Below are positions 1 through 9,400 of a stretch of 64,000 nucleotides of DNA, piece after piece. The stretch covers positions 4,555 to 68,554 of the forward strand of contig PLLJ01000021.1 in assembly GCA_003140935.1 (NCBI GenBank), in the 5' to 3' direction. Every line of letters begins with the position of its first letter. Positions within the stretch are counted from its first letter, which is position 1. A program made the position numbers and the translations under genes. This DNA comes from Candidatus Omnitrophota bacterium (GTDB taxonomy: Bacteria; Omnitrophota; Omnitrophia; Omnitrophales; Aquincolibacteriaceae). Below the pieces are notes generated by a model that had not been told where the DNA came from, did no database searches, and saw nothing but the letters and a program-made list of their open reading frames with translations.

Positions 1-1
1 T

Positions 2-220
2 TCGGGGAATGCGAGGTTCAATAAAGCAATCGAAGTGTCCGCGCCAGGCTCGGGCGTTTCGGATCTCGAAAAAATCGGGGCGGCCGTGAATGCGATGATC
101 AGAAAAACGGAAGCAACGAAGAGCCTTCTTGTCGGCAGAGCGCTCATTTCCAATTTCTCCAACGAGGTTGCAGCAGATGTGTGCTTAGTATATAGCCCAG
201 AACCTGTTTTAGAACAATAA
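2..220 (+). CDS. 3' end of an upstream gene that starts before the window (frame open from position 2 to a stop at 218-220); product unknown
   Basis: Frame 2 has no stop codon from the window edge to 220. The track's 35..220 ORF is the same frame starting from an internal GTG. No recognisable motif. Confidence 0.3.
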   Translation, partial: SGNARFNKAIEVSAPGSGVSDLEKIGAAVNAMIRKTEATKSLLVGRALISNFSNEVAADVCLVYSPEPVLEQ

Positions 221-459
221 TTTCTCAAAAAAGTTGCCCTTGATTGTTGATTGAGCATTAAACTGTCGAAATCTTAAAACATTCAGGCGATAGCAATTTA
301 TAGCAAAAAATCACTAAAAATGGATTTTTATGCTAACAGAAAAAAATATGTTAAACAGACTATGATAAATCCTTTTCCAACAGGTTGAAATTTAAAGAAT
401 ATGTGCTAATCTTCCATTAAGCAGCCGTCAGAAAATTCTGAAAGGAAAATGTCCATTTC

Positions 460-3400
460 ATGAATTGTCTCAAGCAGTTACAAAGATTTTTTTCTGGAAT
501 AATCGCCATCATTTTCTTTGTGACCAACACGCTCGTTCCGGTTTCCATCGCCCACGCTGCGAACGTAGAATCTCCGGCATTTATTTCTTCATTCACGATC
601 CCCGCGGAATTCGGCAAGGTTACGGACAGGATCAAAGGCTCTGAAGCAGGTCCCCTTCTTATCCACATCCAGGAAGCCCACGCCAATTACGATGCGCAAA
701 AGAACATCAAAAATATTCTGGAGTATCTTTCTAAGAATTACGGTATCCGGTTGGTGCTTCTGGAAGGCGCGGGAAACAAGCTTGACGCTACATTGTTCAA
801 ATTTTTCCCCCGGGAACCCGAACTCCAGCAAACAGTGAACGAGAAGCTCATGCAAGCGGGTGAGCTTACGGGTGCCGAGCTCTTCCTGATATCCTCTCCG
901 CAAGGTGCGGCAGAGGGATGGGGCGTTGAGAAAGCGGAAGCGTACGCTCAGGACCGGGAGGCTTTCAAACGGGTTTTTGAAGGACGCGAGCTTGCGCAGG
1001 ACTTTTCAGAAACCTTTTACCGCCAATGGCAGAAATGCGCCTCGCTCCTACTGAGCAAGCCTCTCAAAGAATTCTTGACCCGCGAAACAGCTTTCGAAGA
1101 GGGGCGCTTGCCGCTTGCGGATTGGATGGTTTCCCTGAAAATGGCGGCAGCCCGCGATCTCAGGCTCGATCTGGACAATGTCTTGGAACAAAAGGATTGG
1201 CCGGTGCTTGTCCGTTATTTCCGGTTAAAGACGATCGACCCCAGGATCGACACCGCTCAAGTGGAAAAAGAGAAAACGGTATTTCTCAAGGATCTTACGC
1301 AACGCGCAACAGGTGACGTACAACAAAATACAAAAGATAAGGACGTTGAACGCCGCGCGTTGAACGTCGTGCGCGAAGTGGAGCAGGTTTTTGAGCAAGC
1401 AAAAAAGAATGATCGCCCCTCTTACAAAACCCGTTTTGTTTTTGAAAAATTACTCGATCAGCTCCCCAAAGACTTTTCGTTCGACGCCTATCCCAACCTC
1501 AGGCTCTACCTTCAGCAGATCATTCTCTTAAGCGAGATACAGGGCGACACCTTGCAGAATGAGATTAAAAATCTAACCGAAAAACTGACCGCTCGCCTTA
1601 TCAAGACTAAGCAAGACCGGCGGTTTGCCGGGATCCTGCATGACTTCCGCCTTGTCAAAAAACTTTTTGAACTCGAACTGAGCCGCAGCGAATACCAAAC
1701 CATTCTTTCCGACAAGATCACGCTCGAGAAACTTCTCCAGGAACTTCAGGCGCTAGACCCGGAAGCGAAGGTCCTCAACAAGAGTCCTTCGCCCAAGCTT
1801 TTGCGCCTCAAGTCTCTCTACGGGACGGCAATCCGTTTTTACGAAGGAGCGATCGAACGCGAAAATTGGATGATGAAGCAAGCGCTTGCGCGCATGCAGG
1901 AGCGTAAGCAGACGAAGGCTGTGCTAATCACCGGCGGTTTTCACACGGAAGGTCTCAAAGAAAAAGTCCTCAGCGCCGGCAGTTCCTACGTCGAGATCAC
2001 GCCGCGCATTGGCGAGGTCACCGCAGATTCCAGGAAGAACTACCTGACAGCCCTCTTAGGCAAAAAGACCGTTGAGACCTCTCAGATCGCAGCGCTGGTG
2101 CGAAGCGATATGTATTTTTTGAAAGAGGTTTTTCCGAAAGATTGGCGCAGAAAATTAGCAGAGCTCGTAACAAACCTTCGCGGCAAATTGCGACAAGTCG
2201 TCAGTCCTGAGAGAGCTCAGGAGGCGGTTAGCGATTTTCTTGCAGCGGCTAGAGGTGTTCCGGCTTTGCAGCCGGCCGGTGCCCGTTCAGAAATGCGGGA
2301 ACCCGGGCAAGACGTTGTCAGCCCAAAGCCGGACCTCCCGGGGCTGACGCTGGGGATCCCGTTGGATATCGGGTCCGAAAGACGGGGGACAGGGATCGTC
2401 GAATTCGGCGCACTCAAAAAAGCGGCAAGGTTGCTTGAGCCTCTTAAGGAGAGTTTCGGGATGGGCCGTGTCTATCCGTATAACAGTCTTTTTGCCACGG
2501 GCGACATCTCGTCGGGCGTTCATCAGGTTCCGAACAAAGGAGAGCATTTTTTAATTTCCAAGAACAGAAAGACAACCGTGATGGTCCGGGGTTATGAGAC
2601 CAAAGGCCACGAACTGGGCGGGTTGACGCTTCGGGACGGGGCGAACAATTTTTCCATTCTTAGCATGCTGAAGCTCAACCCCCGGTTGTCCGACTCCAAC
2701 GCGGCCGAAGGAACCGCCGAGAAAACGGAAAGGGACGTTCGCGCTTTCAATAAAAAAGCCCACGGTCTCGGGATCAAAACCATGGCCAATTTTATTCCCT
2801 GGCTTGCACCCGACGCCATCGATGAAACGAATCTCGATTGGACGTTTTACGAAAAGCGGACCGCCGAGGAGAATGAGTATTTCCGCAGCCTTTCCGAGAA
2901 CGCGAAACAAAATTACATCAATAATCTTTTAAGGGAAAAAAACGGAGCCTTTTTCGCCCGGAGAATGGGGCAGGGGGACAAGGAAGAGGTCGTGCTGATC
3001 CGGCATTTTCCGGGAATGGGCGAAAATAACTATAACACCGATCAAGTCCTGCTCAATATTTTTTCTCCGGGAGTCCAGAACTACTATAAACGGTCGTTGC
3101 GCTACCTCAAGAAGCTCGGATTCGATGCGATCCGGGGCGATATGGGAAGCTATTTGCTTAAGAAGAATTTGTCTGGATTTCTTGCCGCAGCCGGTTTAGA
3201 TCCAGCAGCTTTTAAAGACAAAGATCCCCTTCGGGAGATCCTGAAAGACGCTTCGATGGAAATGGTTTTTGAAGCCTACGATCCGGGTGACCAGGAAGCC
3301 CTGATCGAAGCCGGGGAACCTTCTCCAGTCGCGGTCTACAATGACAGTTTCTTCAGGGCCCTGGCCGAATTTTCAGCGAATCCTTTTATGGTTGCCGACA

Positions 3401-6400
3401 GGATCGGAGCAATCATCGAAGAAGTGCTCCTTTACAAGATCCGGCACCCCGGGACCAAGAAACGGTTTCTTTTATATCCCACCAATTTTGACCAAAATTC
3501 TCTTAATGCCATGGCGCATTACCCCGAAGACCTCGGAAAAGGGTTCTCCGTCGCCGGTGTGCTCGCCCTTTCGTTTGTCACGGCTTATTTGGCGAAAGAG
3601 GACCTGGGTGTTATGTTAATACTTCGGGACGCGTTAGGCCAACGAGGTGATATTCGCCCGATCGTGGGCGGAGACATTTCGGGTCACCGCGCCGCTTTAC
3701 ACGGGGAGCATGCGAAACCTTTCGTGAATACTGCTGAGGAGCTTGCCGCGAGGACCGATATTGACAAATTGGAGCAGGCGATCCGCGAGGCCCCGGCTGC
3801 GAAGTTCAAGCGGGAGTTCATGACGGCCGTGAAGGGGTCAAAACAGAATTTTATCCGGCTTCTCGATAATGCGGACCTGAGTCGCATCGTCACCCTGGGA
3901 TGGCGGACTGAAAAAGGGGAATGGGTGGTTTTTGCGGTGAATCTCCGGCCGCGGCAAGGGCCGATCGATCTTAGCTTTATTGAGTTCCCCGTCCCATCGG
4001 AAGAAAAGCCCCGAGTGGGATCATGGGAAGCAAAAGACGCCGTGACGGGGGAACCCTTAGCACTCGTTACGGAACTTGCCGACGGAAGAGGATTCCCGAG
4101 GATTCAGGACGTTTCCTTTACGGACACGGACTACCGCTTGATCGTCCTTACCCCTAAAGCAGAGACGCAGCGCTCTGAAGCGAGGGAACAGAAAAAAAGG
4201 AATTTTCCGGTCAAAGGGCTCAAGGCGATCGCCAACGGCGAGGCAAAAGGATTCGAATATTTTGGGGCCCGTGAAGCCCGGGACTATATGAACGCCGCGG
4301 CGCTTCATCTGAGCGGGCTCGAATTACCCAACAGGATCGAGCTCGCCGAAGATTTTATGACGGGATTCCAGGCTCGTACAACTCAATTAAAAAGAATGGT
4401 GGATGCAAGAAGAGAAAGAGCGGTCTTTTATTATGGTAGGGCCGATTTCAAAGGCTTTGAAGGAATGAAGCCCGCGGAGTTTCTTGAGGCAAAAGGGATC
4501 TCTTTAGAGCAAGTGAGAGGGAAAAATATCCATGTTGTCGACAAGTATTCCGGAATGTCCCATCACGTAACGATTTCTATCAACGCCACGAACCTTGAGA
4601 GAGAGTTAAAACCGACCAAAAGATTAAATGTTACGGCCGTTTCGGACCTTGATCTCATTTGGATGGAAAAGACCAGCGACGATTCCGAAGAACAGGATGA
4701 GGCACTCGATACGACGAATCGTTCCGAAATGCGGCAAGCGGAGGGTTTACAAGGTTTTGCTGAAAGCACAAACGAACCGAACTGGACTAAAACACATACG
4801 CCGCGCACTGCGAAACAACATATTTATAGCCGTCAGTGGGAGTGCGGGCTGCCGATGGATCTTCTCGAAAAGATCGAAAAATTATACGGTGCTTATGTGG
4901 CCGGTGAAATTTCCCAGGTCACGCTGACCGGAGGATTGGGGGCTTTGATGCCGGACCTTTTCGAGGCGTGGACCGCGATCGGGCTGAATGTGACCGGGAT
5001 CCACCCGCTTTGGAATTTTATCAAGAACACGCCCCTTAAAGGGGCTGATGCCGCAGGATTAAGGAAATTTCTTGGCGAGATCGCAAAGCAACAAATGGAG
5101 GACACCGGTATCAACTTTGACGTTTCCCTGAATGTCCCCGGCTCAACCAAGCCCCGCGTGGTCTCTTTCCGTGTCTACAAAACCCAGTCCATGGTCCACA
5201 AGGCGCCTCAATACTATCTGGATGCTTACACAACGACGGCGGACGGCAAGGAAGAGCCGGCCTTTTTGGAAGTTTATGATGACACCGGTAAACGCGAGAT
5301 CGACATGGCGTTTTTTGCGGCGGCGAGTGAACGGCTCATTCAGATCCTTGAGAAGGACCCCAACCCGGGCAATGTGGTTCTCATCGACCATGAAGTATTT
5401 GTCAGTTTGCCTACACGCTATCTCAAGAAAGCCAAACGGGTGACCCTTAACCATACTGTATTCCGGCCGGGTCTTTTTGAGGCCTGGGAAGGGTATTACG
5501 AAATGTTGAATTTCCCGGAACGGCTACGTTCGACGATCACTCACGACGGAAAAATCAGCATCGCCGATTTCACAGCGGAGGTCTTCCATTTGATCACCGG
5601 CGTGAACCTGGTGGAACATCTTCCTGCGCTTCTGAAGAACATTTTTCGGACTGCTTGGCACCGCGTCATCGGTTTTTATGATCAGGCAAAACAGATCCGT
5701 AGCACGAATGGGATCTTTTTGCCGCGTTGGCAATCTCGGGAGGAAAGGACCTTGATCGAACGGGCCAAGGAGAAGCTCTCGATCCAAAAACCGGAACACG
5801 GTCTTCCGGCGGAAGCCAATGACCGACAATTCTTTGAGGAATTGGACAAAAACCCGGATCTTCAGGAACAGTTCAAGATCCAGCAGGAGTGGGTTGGGGC
5901 GTCGGACGGCGCCAAACTTCTGATCTGGCTTCGCGAAAGACGGGGATTCAAGGGCGCTTCGGATTGGCTGGGGAACACCTTTAAGGAATACCAGAAACAG
6001 CACCAGATGAGCGACGCAGAGCTCGTGCGGCATTTGGAAGAAATGGAAGCACTCATTTCGAAAACCGTTTTAAATGATGCCCCCGAAAACTGGCTGAAAC
6101 TTGAAGAGAAGTTCGCTCAGGCCCGCGATCTCATTCTCGGAGACCCGATCGTTTGTAATGTCCGGCGGCAAGTCCCTTACAAAGGACCGGACAAATATGA
6201 AGAAATACTTGCCGGCGTAATCCAACAGGCGGCAAAAGAGGCCGGCCTCTCCAATGAAATAGAAGGAGTGAGACCTTTTAACGGACGTTTCAAGGCCTGG
6301 AAAGACGGCAAGCTCGACCGGGAAGCCTTTAAAGTGCTGAAAGAGAAGCTGAAAGGGCAGCCGGCAGTCGAGGAATTGCGGAAAGAACTTTGCCGCGTGC

Positions 6401-9400
6401 TCATCGGCGGCCGGACCTTTGATTTGGACGAGTCCCATGACCGTTTCCTGTATATCCGGTTCCTGACGGAAGTACTGGGAGTCGAAGACCGTGTCGCGAC
6501 CCTCGAAGATTACACTTATTACGAAGCGCAGATCATTGCTCGAGGAGTTCAAGGTGCGGTGATGTTGTCGGACGAAGATCTGGAAGCTTCATCCACATTT
6601 ATGATGAAGGTCAAAGCGAATCGCGGAGAGGTGGTCGGGCCTTATGCCGGCAGTAATCCCGAAGTCTGGGACATTCGCGTCGTTAAAACGATCGGTGACG
6701 TTAAAACGATCGGTGAGAAGATCGAGGTTTTGAATGAAAAAGGCGAACCCAATACCAAGGTCATTACTCAAGACATTCTGCGTGAAAAGAATCGCACCGG
6801 GGAATGGGAAATCCGGGACGGCATTTTTGTCGCCTATGCGGACGAGGAACTGAGCCGGCAAGAAGGCGGGAAGAGACGTCCGTCCGCCCGAAGCCTGTTA
6901 GAGGCTTTGAAAAAGATGAAAAAACTTCGTTCGGATCCCGCAACACGGCGCGAGCGCATGTATGCCGCGATCTCGAACTCCTGGAAAGTGGACATGGTGA
7001 CCGGGCAGGCAATGGCTCACGCCTATTTGATCGAGAACATGCTTCGGGAAGAAGAAGAAAAAGAAGCGATGTTCGATTCTCTGCGATTCGAGTCTTCCGA
7101 TTATGCCGTTCCGATGAACGCTCACGATTTCGGGTGGAAGACCCGCCATCCGTTCGAAAGATATTCGGCCAAGGATTTTGGACTCTTCGGATTGTTCCGG
7201 TCTTTTCGCGACATGAAAACTTGGCAGGACAAGGGACCGTCGACCCGTGGGATCCAGGCCCTGGAAAGTCTAAGGCATCATGCTCAGTTCGGAGATATTT
7301 TCAAATACCTGCGAGAAGGGGTCCTGGTTCATCTTTCGCCGGGGCTGCAGCCTTTCAAGGACAAGATCGAAAGCCTGGCGGCAAAGGCTGAAACGGCAAG
7401 CGATAAAGAAGTCATCGCCCTCAATCTTGAGGCCATGGACCTGACGGAAATGCTTTTGGTCCGCATGGCCGGAGATTGGTTTGAGCGATACATGCGGGCC
7501 GATTCGTTTGATGAAGCGGAACCTTTAAGAAAAGAATTGGTCCAAGGCGTGGGGGCGGACTCCCAACCCTGGGCCGATTATATTGTACGTTATCTTGAAG
7601 GGCATCCGGATGCCCGCGCCTTAAGAACCCGCGAGAATAAGATCCGGTCTTTTGTCTTTGCCCCCGCAGGCCAACGGCCGGTCATGGTCAGTCTTAACAT
7701 GGGAGCTATCGCGCACCGTGAAAAAGACGCTTCTTTCGAAGGTCTAAAAGCGCGCACCCAAGTGATCATTGACAAGCAAGCCTTTCTCACGTTGACCGAA
7801 AATGCGACCGATGTAAAGTTCGTTCATCTTCGGGAACCGAAAAGGAAAAATGATTACGCGGTGCTGGAAAAAAAAGATTCGGTCGCAGAAGCCGAAATGG
7901 AAATCGGGGTTGGCATTCCGATGCCTCTGGGTATCGAAGTGATCGAATGGCGTCCAATGAAATTATCGGAACTTACCTCGATCCTGGCGGCAGTGGCGGC
8001 TGGTGAACGGGAACCTTTGGCGATTGATTCTCTGACGCAATTGATCCGCGAAACAGGAGCGGACAATGAATTGCCGTTGACAGCGATATTGATCGCGGTC
8101 GGGAAACAGGAGTCTTCCGCGATGGCTTCTTTCCGTCAATTGATCCGCGAGGCGAGAACGGATTATGAACCGCCGGAAGGGAGAACTCCTGCCGATCATC
8201 TTACAGAGCAGTTGGCGGTCCTTGCGGGTTTGGACCGGAAGAATGCCGCCACTCTTTTCGGGGAGAACTTAAAACCCTTGATGATGCTGATCGGTCTGCT
8301 CCGGCCGGACCTTTTAAAAACATCGCAAATTGCTTCATGGGACCGGGAATTTTTCAAAAAAGTCGAACGTGCCGTGGCCGATATCCAGACAACTTTCGGA
8401 GAAAGCCACGCGGCTGCCAAACAACATAACTATTATGTGATTGACTCTTCTCATCACGGAGCACTTGTCCTTGCCCGAAAAGACGCCAAGGGTGATTCTT
8501 TTTTTGTGACATTGCAATTCGCCGCTAATGATCGTGATGCCGCAAGTGATGGAAAGATCACTACCCAAGTTTCTTCAGAAGGCCTTGCACGAATGATCGA
8601 TCAAGGTGCTTTTTATCGGGTTATTGATATGCTGACGGGGGAAGACTACGGAATTCGCGGGGATCTTCTGCATGGATGGATCATTCGCACGCCTTTTGTC
8701 GGTGGTGCTGACCGCGTTCAAATGCTTCATCTTGAGAAAATAACGCCCGCGTCACGTTCCGAAATGCGCCTGGCGCCGCTTGCACATTCTCTGGAACAGG
8801 GGATCACCGCGATCACCGCACTGCAAGCGAGGATCGCTTCAAAGGCCGTTCTCAAGGAATCCGGAAAAAGGAATCTGAATCACCAGCCGAATTACTTCGC
8901 AGGGGTTTATTCTTACGGGGACATTTTCTGGGGCGGCCTTTTCGCGTGGGGGAGCGTTGCCGCTTTTTCAAACAACGGATCGAAGGCAAACCTGATGTCA
9001 GAGACGCCGGCCGTTTCTTTACCTTCCGAGAACATCATGATCTCTCGCGCACTGAACATTCCAAGAAATAGGGGAGCGAGTCTGGGCAGTCCGAAAACGG
9101 CCTTTTCGGTCGTCCGCTCGGAAACAAGGGATCATCCCGAGCTGAAGCCGACCCTGACGGCGCTGATGGAACGGTCCGCCGAGTTTCGTGCTGCGACCCA
9201 GGCGTTCAAGGACGCGTCCCCTGTAGGGATCTCGAACGACGTCTATTGGAAAGAACCGAAATTCGCGGTCGGATTCGAACGTATGAAGGCCCGGGACTGG
9301 AATGCAACACCTCACAGGGAAGTGATCCAAAAGTTCCTCTCGCTTGTGGGACGGAAAGACAAGCCGGTGCTGGACGTCGGGATGGGCAGCGGGAGAGCCC

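Noticed and set aside
5524-6033. 169-aa minus-strand ORF inside the giant gene. Other antisense ORFs overlapping it are similar, e.g. 6070..6552, 9019..9480, 9955..10491, 10920..11568.
   Set aside because: All lie antisense to a strongly supported 11-kb coding frame in GC-rich DNA. Their Arg/Pro/Gly-rich, low-complexity translations are typical of shadow ORFs.
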